From: Octopus sinensis
Taxonomy: Eukaryota
Assembly (NCBI RefSeq): GCF_006345805.1
Contig: NC_042998.1
Span: forward strand, 2,418,001 to 2,482,000
Direction of reading: 5' to 3'
DNA: 64,000 bases
Within the stretch, counting starts at the first letter, position 1. Each line of letters starts with the position of its first letter. Below, in pieces: positions 1-12,480 of this stretch. The notes beneath the pieces were generated by a model, which searched no databases, was not told the origin of the DNA, and worked only from the letters and a program-made list of their open reading frames with translations. The position numbers and the translations under genes were made by a program.

Positions 1-123
1 CCTCTCGGGGGTTGATTAAATAAGTACCAGTTACGCACTGGGGTTGATATAATAGACTTAATCCGTTTGTCTGTCCTTGTTTGTCCCCTCTATGTTTAGC
101 CCCTTGTGGCCAATAAAGAAATA
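1..123 (+). mobile_element. 3' part of a tRNA-derived SINE (Meta-domain-like family), cut by the window edge
   Basis: Matches the 3' half of the full copies at 37121-37353 and 51897-52124 (AAGTACCAGTTACGCACTGGGG...TTTAGCCCCTTGTGG.CAATAAAGAAATA). Confidence 0.8.
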
Positions 124-879
124 TGAAATAGGTATTAGTATATGAATATATGTTCACACACATTTTAAATACTTTCAGTATCCAGAGCAAATATGAAGAG
201 ATGACTGAATATTTTTCTTTCAAATTTCAAATCTATAAACATTTAAAATCACTTCTATCTGTTCTCTTTAGTTTGCAGGTAATTGTGTTGTGTTTGCTGT
301 CACAATCAGGAGAGTGGGAGAAGTTTTTTGGTTGGAATGAGTCAGAATATGTTCGCTTTGTTTCACGACCTTAAACCCCCCCTCCCCTTCTCTACTAAAA
401 TATTAAATAAACCCCACTTAAGTAAATCATTTGCTCTACCTACTCTCAATAGTTTTGCATTGCTGCCAAACAACATTTTAGAATATTGCCAGTAGGCTGA
501 AGCATAGCCATCAGGATTACAAGAAGCAAATAAAAAACCCCATAGCTTTCCTCATAACTTAGGAGCTAACATATTGTCCTGACTGCCTTGGCCAAAGCAG
601 GAACAATGCCAAGATCTTTGAATTGTGCTAAAATGGAGGTTCAGAAATGTTCATTCTCCATACCAGTGCCAATAAGCGTTGGTGCATCTTTAGCTTCAAT
701 GTACCAATTCAACTTGTACCAATTGCTGTATTACTACTCCCCGTCTTGTTTTTCTTTTTCATTCACAAACAAGCAAATCTTACTCTTGTTTCCCTTCTGC
801 TTTAGCCTACCTCATGGGCACATCTCTCCTCCTTTTCAGTTAACCCTAATGTGTCTCACCTGGTATCCATGTTAATCCC

Positions 880-937
880 CACATCATCATCATCATCGTT
901 TAACGTCCATTTTCCGCGCTAGCACGGGTTGGACGGA
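880..937 (-). mobile_element. 3' tail fragment of RTE-derived non-autonomous element
   Basis: (CAT)n followed by CGTTTAACGTCC...GGGTTGGACGG, the reverse complement of the family 3' end seen at 14470 and 33736. Confidence 0.75.
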
Positions 938-1380
938 CTCCCATAAAACACATTTCCGAATCATGCCTCACCAAAATTGCATCTTTCTGTAATTCTTTCT
1001 CTGCTCACATTTTTCTTATAACTATTAACCTGCAGAAACCCTGCAACCACAAATACTGTTTTCTCTCCTACTACTAAAATAACTTCTTCCCTCCTGAAGT
1101 AATGAGCTGCACACCACTTCCATGTAGGCACACCTGGTGCACCTGTCTCTTCTTCCCTTGTGGACACCTCTGTGCCTTAACCATCACACTCTGCACTAAA
1201 CACTTTTTCTCTAAGACGTTCTTCCTCAGAGTCGTTCTCCAAACCCTCATTTTCTTACAAAGATTACATTTCTCACAGAAGGTCATACTAAACACCAACC
1301 TCACCAGTCTATACTGACATACAGATGTCATCCGTACTGCTTCTTTAGATAATTCATAAAAAATAAATTTACACAGTATA

Positions 1381-1786
1381 GGCGCAGGAGTGGCTGTGTG
1401 GTAAGTAGCTTGCTAACCAACCACATGGTTCCGGGTTCAGTCCCACTGCGTGGCATCTTGGGCAAGTGTCTTCTGCTATAGCCCCGGGCCGACCAATGCC
1501 TTGTGAGTGGATTTGGTAGACGGAAACTGAAAGAAGCCTGTCGTATACATGTATACATATATATAAGTGTGTGTGTATATGTTTGTGTGTCTGTGTTTGT
1601 CCCCTTAGCATTGCTTGACAACCGATGCTGGTGTGTTTACGTCCCCGTCACTTAGCGGTTCGGCAAAAGAGACCGATAGAATAAGTACTGGGCTTACAAA
1701 GAATAAGTCCTGGGGTCGATTTGCTCGACTAAAGGCGGTGCTCCAGCATGGCCGCAGTCAAATGACTGAAACAAATAAAAGAGAGT
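1381..1786 (+). mobile_element. Full-length tRNA-headed CORE-type SINE with internal microsatellite (young subfamily)
   Basis: Head GGCGCAGGAGTGGCTGTGTGG with B-box-like GGTTCAGTCCC and CORE-like TTGGGCAAGTG; internal (TA/TG)n; 3' end GACTGAAACAAATAAAAGAG. CpGs retained; shares diagnostic variants with the copy at 50167. Confidence 0.88.
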
Positions 1787-2755
1787 AAACAGTATTGGAT
1801 TCTTTTCATCAAAAAATGACTTTAATTCCTGGAAACGTGGATTTATCGTACCACAGAGCTATGACACAACCCCTCTCCTATTACCAAATGAATTATATAT
1901 TTGTACTATTAACAACTTGTTCCATCTCATTCTGATGATGTTCTATTGAGTTGATTTAAGGTTAATGTTCTGGCTAACGCAGGAAACCTTAGAAATCTAT
2001 CTGCAACGATGCAGAATCGTGTCTATGTGCAGGTGCAGAGTGCTGGGTATATTTGGTCAACACTTGTTCTTCTATTATCCATTGAATATTACTTAAATGT
2101 TGTCAAGTTATTCAAGATATCCATTCATTAGGGATGGTGGGGAACCCTGCCAATCAACATGATGTACTGTTAAAACCAGGTAAAACTGGTTCATTGATTT
2201 ATGACACATCACACTCCATTTCTGTTATTAGACTGAGTGATGCAACCAAAACTACGATTCATTAAACAACCTTTTTTTCTATTGATGGGTGTATATCTTG
2301 TTACTCCATCTGGTTCCCTCTTAAAAGGCGTAGAATCTTAGTGTGTTTCTGTTTTGTTGCTTTCCATAACATACATTTTATGTACACTGAAATAGTTTCA
2401 TTTGACCAAAATTATTTGTTACCGCATATAAGCTATATATTTTCAGAGTTTCTTAATCCAGTATAAATATAATCCGACTAGGGGTTGTGGTAATAACTTA
2501 ATTTCTGTGTAGTCTGTTGGTAATCAAATTTAGTTGTGTAGTCTGTTAATTATGGTGATTGTTAATTTTCATGATTCTTACAAAGAAGTTATCCTAATTT
2601 CTTTTTACATGGTACTATTCTTGAGAAAATTGATCTATTTATGTATTTTGGATTGCATTTAGATACAGACTTAACTGACATATGAAACTGCTGTTTTCAT
2701 TATTTTTATATCATAGTTTAAAATGCATGTTCTACTTGTAATCCTGAGATAAATT

Positions 2756-3307
2756 CTTTAGCATTCAGATTACTCTGATAAATGTAATTCTTATTTATTC
2801 ACATTGTTTTAAGTTTTCTCTTTTACTTGTTTCAGTCATTTGACTGTGGCCATGCTGGAGCACTGCTTTAGTCGAGCAAATCGACCCCAGGACTTATTCT
2901 ATTGGTCTCTTTTGCTGAACTGCTAAGTTACGGGGACGTAAACACACCAGCATCGGTTGTCAAGCGATGTTGGGGGAACAAACACAGATACACAAACATA
3001 CATACACACATATATATATATGCATGCATATGACGGGCTTCTTTCTGTTTCCGTCTACCTAATCCACTCACAAGGCTTTGGTTTGCTCGAGGCTATAGTA
3101 GAAGACACTTGCTCAAGGTGTCACGCAGTGGGACTGAACCCGGAACCATGTGGTTGGTAAGCAAGCTACCTCGTAGCTTCAAAATTTCAGTGATGTCACT
3201 GCTTATTTTTAGAACAACATTGCAAGGTAGGTGTGATAGGCCAGATCTGGCTGGCTTTAGCATAAAACAGGTAGAATATTTGAACCAGATTTCATGGGTT
3301 TAAATGC
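2756..3307. mobile_element. TTAA-type (piggyBac-like) MITE family A, split by a CORE-SINE
   Basis: Left part CTTTAGCATTCAGATTACTC and right part ...GGTTTAAATGCT match the uninterrupted copies at 15754 and 43809. Confidence 0.7.
2817..3168 (-). mobile_element. CORE-type SINE nested in MITE A
   Basis: Reverse complement of 1381-1786 with a slightly truncated head. Confidence 0.85.
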
Positions 3308-4339
3308 TTTATTTATTTGGTATTGCTTTGCAAATTTAACTCATTTGTAGGAAAGGTGTTTGGTCAGTTGAATTGACCCTGTACCTGATCACAGCACTTT
3401 TTATCATAATTTGAAGGACAAAAAAATAAAATCCATTGTAAAGGGGGTGGGATAAGTCTTTCTAATCTCAGAATTTAAAAGAATGTTACTTTATATCACT
3501 TCTTTTTCTGGGTGCTCATCTGATTTTGTCTTCTTCTGAACCTTTCACAACATTGATTTCTAACTTAAACATAGGGCCTTGAATTTCTTCAGGAAGAGGT
3601 GTAATTGATTTCAATCAGCCCAGGTACTTTGTTTTATTGATTCTGAAAGACCAGGAGGTCCCCGTTTCTTGTGTTTTTGTTCCCAGGTTTATTTCATAAT
3701 CAGTATTTGCTCTTTAGCTCCAGGTCAACCCTGCTTGAGCAAACCTATGTCGAAAGGTTGTCTAACGATGACAATCCAATCTTGTTTGAAAGGAAAGTCG
3801 ATACAAAATCACACACATTTACATGTTTACATAATTCAATGTGTTCTCTTTCTATTTTAAGATGGTAAGGGTGTAACTTGAGGGCGATTTAGCTATCTCT
3901 ATCAGAATAGGTCATATTGTAGATAACAGAAATGAGTGCAGTTTGTACTTCTTCTGAATTGTTGATGAAATTTGAAAGACAGGAGTAGGAAATGAGTGGC
4001 AGAGATGTTGGATTGGATCAGTGCTGTTTGAACAGTCATGACTTAATTTATCTGTTCATACATTCTGTCAAAGAGTACATGAATCCATCAATACTAGCTT
4101 ATGGACATCTAGGTAAATAATGTAATGATATTAAATACTGTTTTTAGTCTTAATTCCAAAATCACTATTGAAAATTTAGAATTTAGATCTGTATCATGCA
4201 AACTTTTGTATGTAAATGATTCGGATTTTAAAGGTGCACAAAAGAATAATTTGAATAGATTTTCAATCTATTAAGTCTGATAGCTAGGGGTTAGTGTGTG
4301 TCCCTACTTCTACTTGTGCAGACATAGTTGGCATCATAC

Positions 4340-4426
4340 CTAACTAGTGGAGTTTCCACCTTCTGTTCAAATCTACGGTACCAGAGCCACAATAACTCGT
4401 CTGATGCTCTAGTGATTCTCTCAAAC
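4340..4426 (-). CDS. Candidate internal coding exon (phase 2-2) of an unidentified minus-strand gene: FERITRASDELLWLWYRRFEQKVETPLV
   Basis: Acceptor TTTATATATCTTAG and donor AG|GTATGA; 87 nt, frame-preserving, open in one frame, not recognisably repeat-derived. No homolog recognised. Confidence 0.4.
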
Positions 4427-4859
4427 CTAAGATATATAAACACAGGCTTATTATCTCAAAAATGCTTGCTTTCACTTTTATAATTATGCAAGTTTTAACT
4501 TTCTGATTTTTATAATTAACTTTATTATTATACCACATTTTATAAATCTGAAAATGCCTGTAGATATATAGTGACAATAATTTAATATCAATATCAGTCT
4601 CTCGTGGTTAACTTAATCCTACAATTAGTGTAATGTTGACTACCTACCCTCTTGGAAGTTATTGGCAGGCAGACTCCACTCTATTACAAGCATTTGTGTC
4701 ATGTCTTTGGTTTGAAGATTACATCTGCCTTTCTTTCTACAAGTTTTTGGAGGTCTTGAGGTAGGTCATAGATACAGTCCTTTCTTTTGTAAGTCCTTGC
4801 CTTTCAGTAGGGTGTCAATAATAATAATAATTTGGACAAATAGCTGTAAGTTGATTAGT

Positions 4860-5081
4860 GTGTTTAAATGTTGAGTACAGCACCGGTTTTAAGGGCATCT
4901 CAAAAGGCCTAGTTGGAGATGCAATCTTCTGAGTTCATTTACAGGGCTCAGAAAAATTCAAGGACTGCTACAATAAGGTGCATGAATCTGAGAAGGGAAT
5001 ACGTTCAATAAAATCATAATTAACTGATCCTCCTGTATTTACTTTTACCCAAAGCCAGAAACTTTTCAGCTCCCCCTTGTA
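4860..5081 (-). mobile_element. Mariner-type DNA transposon terminal remnant
   Basis: Minus strand begins TA-CAAGGGGGAGCTGAAAAGTTTCTGGC, resembling mariner TIRs with a TA target; left boundary approximate. Confidence 0.55.
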
Positions 5082-5093
5082 TAATGTGCAACA

Positions 5094-5370
5094 GGCTTCA
5101 TCTAGTTTCCGTAAGGCTTTGGTCAGCTCTGTGGTCTGTAATAGAAGACACTTGTCCAAGGGGTTGTGCAGCGGGACAGAACCCATTATGTGTTAATCTA
5201 TCTTCTTTTACTTGTTTCAGTCATCTGACTGAAGGGTTTTTGTTGAACAAATCGACCCCAGGATTTATTTTGATAAATCTGATACTTATTCTATTGGTTT
5301 CTTTTGCTGAACCACTAAGTTATGGGGTATAAACACACCAACACTGGTTGTCAAGCAGTGGTAGGGGACA
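5094..5370 (-). mobile_element. Degraded CORE-type SINE with internal deletions
   Basis: Blocks similar to family consensus (ATAGAAGACACTTGTCCAAGG; TTTACTTGTTTCAGTCAT; AAACACACCA). Confidence 0.65.
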
Positions 5371-5518
5371 AACATGGATACAAAAACACATGCACATTAC
5401 ATTATATACATATATATATATATCATCATCATCATCATTATCATTTAGCGTCCGTTCTCCATGCTAGCATGGGTTGGACGGTTCAACTGGAAGGCTTCAT
5501 CAGGCCCAGTCAGAATAT

Positions 5519-5764
5519 ATATTCTGTTGTGTCTGGGAGATTCATTCTCTTTTAGTGCCTTATAATTTGACACACTCACTGGTAAAATTTCCACTTATTT
5601 CTTTTTTCTTTTTCTAAAATTTTCATTGCATCTTGCAACCTTTTCAAACTATTGAAAAGACACAGCAAAAATAAAAATAAAAAAGAAAGAAATGGAAATT
5701 TTACTGGCGTGTTAAATCATAAGGCACAAAAAGAAAATGACTCTCCCCAGACACAACAGAATAT
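5519..5764. mobile_element. Fold-back MITE with ~80-bp terminal inverted repeats
   Basis: ATATTCTGTTGTGTCTGGGAGA...GGTAAAATTTCC pairs with GGAAATTTTACTGG...CTCCCCAGACACAACAGAATAT; partial copies at 17934-18068 and 25355-25468. Confidence 0.75.
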
Positions 5765-5816
5765 GCTTCAACACATGAACTCACATAAAGTATCTTGCAA
5801 ACCAAATCCCAAAACG

Positions 5817-5853
<37 letters not shown>

Positions 5854-5864
5854 CGCACACACAC

Positions 5865-6022
5865 CACACGATATGTTTCTTTCAGTTCCTGTCTACCAAA
5901 TCCACTCACAAGGCTTTGGTTGGCTTGAGGCTATAGTAGAAGACTATAGCTCAAGGTCCCATGCAGTGGGGCTGAACCCAGAACCATGTGGTTTGGAAGC
6001 AACCTTCTTGCCACTCAGCCGT
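5865..6022 (-). mobile_element. CORE-type SINE 5' half
   Basis: TTCTTTCAGTTCCTGTCTACCAAATCCACTCACAAGG...CTGAACCCAGAACCATGTGG. Confidence 0.75.
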
Positions 6023-7539
6023 ACCATCTGTAGTATTTTCAAATTTAGTTTCTCATTCAGTTTCTTGTAGCAGTTAACTTTATCTATTTTTACTCCAACT
6101 ACTCAATTTTCAAATGTGAATGGTTGCTATATCTTTAAAAAAAAAAAGCTAGTCAGTTTGTGTTGGGCACAATGAGACACAATTAAATGTCTGTCTTAAG
6201 CTTATGAACAATGAGTTAGCTTGTCAGTTTGCAAGAATAGCTGGAAGCAAATATTTGACAAAGATCTTCATTTTGATAGTAGTATATGAAGGAAACTGAA
6301 AATCAGTTAAGCCAATCGTGTTTTGAAGAAATGGAATTTTCTGATTATACTTGTATATATGCTTATAAGGTTAGGTTAGATAATTTGTGAAATGTATGTG
6401 TAAAGCCATAAGGTCATATGCTCCAATGCATTGATTGCGTGTGTGTGTGTAAATTCATGACACGCACATATAACACATACAGAGGCACACTGGAATGGAA
6501 TTAAGCCAGTTTTGTGTCATCTCTCATTAGCACCATTCAAAATTTCTACATTCTTTTTTTACTATGTTGAAACCCTTCCTATATTACATCAGGAGGTAAC
6601 AAATGATTCTTTGGATCTTTTCACTTTGACCGGCAGATTTAAAAAATAATTTCTTTGTAACTAAACACTTTTAAACTTCGTATACTGGTAGAATGTGTTA
6701 CATAAAACATTTTTTCTCTTGGCTTTCTTGAGACAATTCTGTAGTTTGTAAGCTATTTGTTGTTAAATTTCTCGTATTTTGGCAATTTCAACCAATCAAT
6801 GAAGTCTATACTTTTTGTGTTTCGACTGTCAACCTCACTAAAACGTATTTTTTGGTTAACCTGGTGGTTACAGTAGTCCATAGATTTATAAAATAATAAT
6901 AATAAATTGCTGATGGGGGTCTGTTTAGCAACAATTATTTTAGGAAGTTCGCAGGTTTTGATAAGTTCGTGTAGTGTGGAAAAAATAGAACACTGATTTA
7001 GGATGACGAAAAAAAAAAAAAAAATTCTGTCGAGGAGCCACTCCCCGAAACGTATTTTCTCACAGCATACGAACTTATTTAAACAGTTTTTGAATTGTTG
7101 CTTTTATGTGTCTAATATAATGTTAAAATAAGAGAAGACTGGTACCGTTGGTAGCAGCTTCTAAAAATACAAAAATACTAAAAAAAATTCAAAAAAGACA
7201 TCTGTTTGCTGTTCACTCTGTCCCGCTGTTTTCCTTACCCGTTTCGTTGCTAAATAATGAGGTAGAAGCATTTATCACCGTGCCAATAATAATTGAATAG
7301 CTGATATTTTGTCCATTCTACTGAGATTTTTCTTTTTCCTTTTAACCAAGGCCAAGATATACTTCGGTCTTCTCCACCTCCAGATTTGCTCTATTATTGG
7401 AAATAGGCTGTCAATCAATAGTTGGTGTTTCAGATTACGCCCAGAAGTAAACTTTCTCTAACCAACAATCTCAGACTCCCCAAACATGCTATTTGTAATC
7501 TCTTTGTCTTGACAGAGAAATAAGATATATCCTATATCC

Positions 7540-7542
<3 letters not shown>

Positions 7543-7637
<95 letters not shown>
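7543..7637. repeat. Compound (CT)n(AT)n microsatellite
   Basis: Read directly from sequence. Confidence 0.97.
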
Positions 7638-7638
<1 letters not shown>

Positions 7639-8739
7639 CGTTTCATCCATTCTTAATAATTGATTATTACCTGGTTTTTAATTCCTAAAACGATACAAAA
7701 ACAGAAAAGTATTAAACTTAACGAGGGAGTCACTACCTTATTGCATCGACCCATGAGAGATCACCAGATCATACCCTACAGCCTCAAATAAAGGGCACAA
7801 TAAAATACATTTATGAATTTGTGTTGTTGCAAGATCTCTGATGTGAAACCGTGTTGAACTATTGTTATATTTCTGGATGGTCATTATTATTTTTTTTTTT
7901 GCCAAATAAACACACGCACTGTATATTCGTCATTCACTCGTTTATTGCTGTTCTTATTTTAAGTCCGATAATAGTTCATTGATATACAAAAATCTGGGAC
8001 AGTCACGGCTTAAACGCTTTTGATCATAGATCTTCTGGATCAATGATGATATGGGGTTAAACAATCACTTCTTGAAGTTGACTCTTCCTGTCCAGTAAGG
8101 TGTGTGTGCGCGTGTGTAGACGATAGAAAAGGGGCATGACTCCCTTTTGTACCCCCACCAATGAGTCGGGGGTCTTAAAACACTTCTCATCGATACATTT
8201 CAATTACTTTATATATGTATTTTTTATATTTTAGTGGGTATTTCAATATGCTACATATATTTTAAACTTCTCCTCGCGCTTGCTTGTTACATTTTAGTTT
8301 CTATTTGTTATCGGTAGAATATTTTAAGATATATTTTCTAGAATCATTTTTATCATTTAGTATCTCAGAAGCATTTCCCCCAGTATTATTAGGTCAACTT
8401 TTTCTTTTAATCTTTTCGGGATCGATAAAACAAGGCACCAGTCAAGCACTGGGGTCGGTGTAATCGATTCCCCCCTCCGCTCAAAATCCTGGCCTTCAGC
8501 CAAAATCAGAAGGAATTATTATCTCTAGCAGCAAACAGTTACGACCAAGTGTTGCTGGTATGGGACAGTTCAAAAATATTTTGTTTATCTTTTTTTCTTT
8601 CATTCTCCCTATGCAGTGACCCTTCTCGCTCTGTGCAAATATATTCAACAAATGCTTATAAAAAGCTCCCTACTTAAGAGAGCAGTCGCGTAAAAATAAA
8701 AAAAAAAGTAGAGAGAGAGAGAGTGTGAGGGAGAGAGGA

Positions 8740-9185
8740 AAACAAAAGCCATGTCGGAATCTAAACCGTGTCTTCAATGCATGGTGTTTGAGAAAGCAGA
8801 GGGGAATTAGCCGTTGGAGAAAGCAGAGGGGGAAAAAACCGAAAAGCTCAATAGATCGGACTGTCAAACACTCTTAACTAATAACACTCCCATTTAAAAG
8901 CCAGCAACCAACCAACAACAAACACCAAGCGGCGCCGGCACCGACGACAGACACTTCAGACTTGGTTCGGCCTTCTTTTTCCTTCAAACATTTCGACGAC
9001 CGCGACGACTACTGTTGTAGAATCTGTTGTTCTCAGTCGAGGAGTAAATTCGCTCTGCCTTGATGCACTTATACATATCAAATGATTTGAAATTATAGAC
9101 GGTCGGAAGTAAACAAACAAACAAACCAACGGATATGTGATTACTTTAAAGGGATCTCAAATATTCTTTCTAAAAACGTGAGTCG
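8740..9185. promoter_or_regulatory. CpG-rich promoter-like core, possibly bidirectional
   Basis: High local CpG density in unique sequence (GCGGCGCCGGCACCGACGAC, CGACGACCGCGACGAC), ETS-type CGGAAGT at 9104-9110, followed by a consensus donor GTGAGT at 9178-9183. Confidence 0.55.
9111..9177 (+). other. Candidate non-coding first exon of a plus-strand gene (start approximate)
   Basis: Lies just downstream of the ETS motif and ends at AAAC|GTGAGT; its only ATG is followed immediately by TGA. Confidence 0.4.
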
Positions 9186-10689
9186 TCTCCAAGATTCTTT
9201 TTACCACTCTTAACTATTTTTTTCTTTTACTTCGGAATTTACTGTTCATTCTTTTTCTTCTTTTTTTTTTCGTTTTAAATCAATTCTTTGCGGGTAATTA
9301 GTTACAAGTGTTTATTTGATAACTTTTGGAATTTGTGTTAATTAAAAACAAATATATTCCATTGTTGGATGTAAACATGGTAATCAGTTGCACTAGAATC
9401 ACATGTTAACTTCTTAAATAACAAACTATCCATTTATCTCATATTTTTGTGTGTATGTGTGGCTTATTCAAAACTTAATTATGAACAGTAATTAATTATA
9501 TATAATATACCAAACTTTGTTCTCCGCGTGCCGTTTGTATATGTATGTGATCTCTTTCCTAAAACTAACTCACTCGCAATTTTAAAGATAATCGTAAAAA
9601 TTTCATCTACTTATTTACTTTCCTTTGTTAGTTTGTCCTTGACTCGATATCGTTTATAAACTGCTAAAATTTCACATGGAATATTTTCCTGTCTTAGATT
9701 TATGCACACTTTTGTGTATGGGTTTTGGCATGTCTATGCGTGTATGATTAAGCAAGTGGTTGTTAGTTGGTGTTGTTATTGACAGGAACAGAGTTAATGG
9801 GAACAAGTTGATCGAAGACGGTTCCACATCTCCGCTTCCACTAAAGAAACTCGTAGCTTTAACGAGCACTTTGCCTCCAATTATAGATTTTGTTTCTTTG
9901 CATTAACTTTTGAACTGTGCAATTTAGACAATTTTGATTTGCGTAAAAAAAAAGCAAGGAAATAAAATAATTATCATTTAGATAAGTTACTTTAGAAAGA
10001 TGAGTGTTAAAAGTAGAGTTGATGGTGATTAGAGAAAGAAAAAAATAGATGCAGTTTATCGAAACCGTCACTGCTTTGATGACAAATTATCAATTCATGT
10101 GTTTGCTTTTGTCGTCAGATTTTATAGTATATGATATAAATTGGTTAGTATTTTATCGACCTGGTGGCACATTTTCCGCTCTGTTGACTATCAAGTATGA
10201 ATTGATAACTACATAATTATTTTTATGCAACAGTATAGAATAAATAACAATTATAAACACTCACACACACACATCCCGATCTTTTATGAGTCAGAAATCT
10301 TTTACAATAAATGTTCTTATGCATGTTTTTGAAAAACTAAATTTCTTCATGTATAGTATAGTTTACTACATATCTGTTAGACTTAGCACAGAAATACATT
10401 ATATATTTATGTATATATGAAACGACTATTAAATGGTATTGCCACATGTATTTAACGAATAAATCAGTCGGAAAATATATGGATTTATACATAATGAAAA
10501 TAATTTTTATGATATTGGTACGTGATTCCGCATCAACAGGCTGATATAATTGAATGAAATGATGCTGCTACTGTTACAATCATGTATACACTTTCTCGGC
10601 GAAGTTGGCGCAAACTGTGCAGTCGGTTGTACTAGTTTCCTTGAAGGACCGACTTGATATCCTTCATCATTCCGAAATATACATTGCTT

Positions 10690-10692
<3 letters not shown>

Positions 10693-10768
<76 letters not shown>
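10693..10768. repeat. Compound (CT)n(AT)n microsatellite
   Basis: Read directly from sequence. Confidence 0.97.
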
Positions 10769-10769
<1 letters not shown>

Positions 10770-11294
10770 CGTTTTTGTTACAGGTCAAAATAGATTAATT
10801 ACTCTCCGATCTTATTTCAATTCCCAGCTAAAACTACTGTGCTTGGATAATGTACTTGTTAAAGAAGCCAAATTTAAACCTTAATCCTGTACGTGGACAT
10901 AAATAGCATCCAAATCTCAAGTGACATCACTAAAAAAAAAAAAGAAGAAAAAGAAAAAGGGAAGGGCACGTTGGCTTATGTAGTCCTAAATCACCAATAT
11001 ATATAATTATTACGTGCTAAATTAGTGATAAGAAAAAAAGTGTTGGTTTCGACTGGACTGCCTTTAATGATAAAACTGGATCAAGGGTGGCCTGGGGCTA
11101 AACTGCAACTGTAACTTGTTAAACAGAAAACAAAAAGACTTTCCATTGTTTCACCCCAACCATTTATAAGTATTATATTGCTAGTTCGCTTAGATTTGAT
11201 GTGAACCGGATTTCAATAAATTCCTTCCAATATTTACATCGGTATCTGATGTTATGAGATTAATCATCAACAATAATAATAGCTTAGGCACAAG

Positions 11295-11480
11295 GCCAAC
11301 AGTTTTTGAAAGGAGTGGGTGAAGTTAGTCGATATCGACCCAATTTTTAATTGCTCCTGTGTTTTATTGATCCTGGAGGTATGAGAGGCGGAGTTGACCG
11401 CGACAGGATTTGAACTCGGAACTTAAAGTGTCGGAACATATCGCAAGGCATTTTCTCCGATGCCTAACGATTCTGCCAAT
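11295..11480 (-). mobile_element. Diverged Meta-domain-like SINE
   Basis: GGAGTTGACCGCGACAGGATTTGAACTCGGAAC...CTAACGATTCTGCCA resembles the reverse complement of the family head and body. Confidence 0.6.
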
Positions 11481-12134
11481 CTGTTGTCGTTAATGGTTTC
11501 TGATTTAGGCAATTTTAAGGGTGTTTATCGATATAATTAACCTCGGGTCGGAGAGTGCTTGACTGGTACTTTATTATCTCGTTCCCCACCCCCGACTGCC
11601 TGTCCCTCACTCCCTCTCGTCTCCCCCCTCTCTCTAACATTTTTGTGTGTATCGACAAAGTGGCTTTGGAGGGATCGTCGTAACATATATCAGTACCAGT
11701 AATAAACACGGCTTATGCTTTGAAAAGAAATATTACTTCATATCTACCGTCACGACGGAACATGTACGTTGTCGCGCGACCTATTAGAAATAGCAGTTAA
11801 ATCTTCAAATCATACACTATCATTAACATTAAAAAGGGGAGCGGAAAAGAAAAGACCCACAATCAGTCGGAGATACTATTGTCTCAAATTTGGGATGATC
11901 ACAACTGGAACTCCTTTTATCGTATGTGTGCTTGGTAAGGGCTAACTTGAGGGTAAACAAAAATGTCCAAGTTTTTAAGCATTACAGATGCAGAGTCTGC
12001 TTAATATTGTAATACCCTCAACGCGACCAGTTGCCCTGCTAAAAACAACAGTCAAATCTTTTCCAAATCACCACCTACTATTTTTATAAGAAAGGATACG
12101 CGAAACAATGCAGTTCCAATTATTTTTCATGTAT

Positions 12135-12480
12135 GTGTCTGTGTGCCAAGTACTTTGCTTTCCAACCACATGGTTCTGGGTTCAGTCCCCAGTGCGTTAC
12201 ATCTTGAGTAAGTATCTCTTACTATAGCCTCGGTCCGACGTAAGTAGATTTGGTTGACGGAAACTGTAAGAAGCCCGACATATATAATGTGTTTATGTTT
12301 GCCCCCCCCTCCCCACCGCCACTTGACAACTGGTGTTGGTTTGTTTACGTCCCCGTATTCTAGCACTTCGGCAAAAAGACCCCGATAGAATAAGTACCGG
12401 GCATTAAAAAAAAAAAGTACTTCGATTACAACCTTCCAAGGCGGTGCCCAGCGTGGCTGCAGTCCAGTGAAGAATTACCA
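12135..12480 (+). mobile_element. Diverged CORE-type SINE
   Basis: CCAACCACATGGTTCTGGGTTCAGTCCC...GACGGAAACTGTAAGAAGCCCG...GATAGAATAAGTACC. Confidence 0.7.

Noticed and set aside
838-848. TAACCCTAA telomerase-template-like 9-mer
   Set aside because: Expected by chance in AT-rich DNA; no supporting pseudoknot or H/ACA features seen.
380-1340. Protein-like minus-strand stretches (GKLWGFLFASCNPDGYASAYWQYSKM; ORFs 961-1167, 1074-1331)
   Set aside because: Frames interrupted by stops, no convincing acceptors, nothing recognisable; may be decayed TE or UTR.
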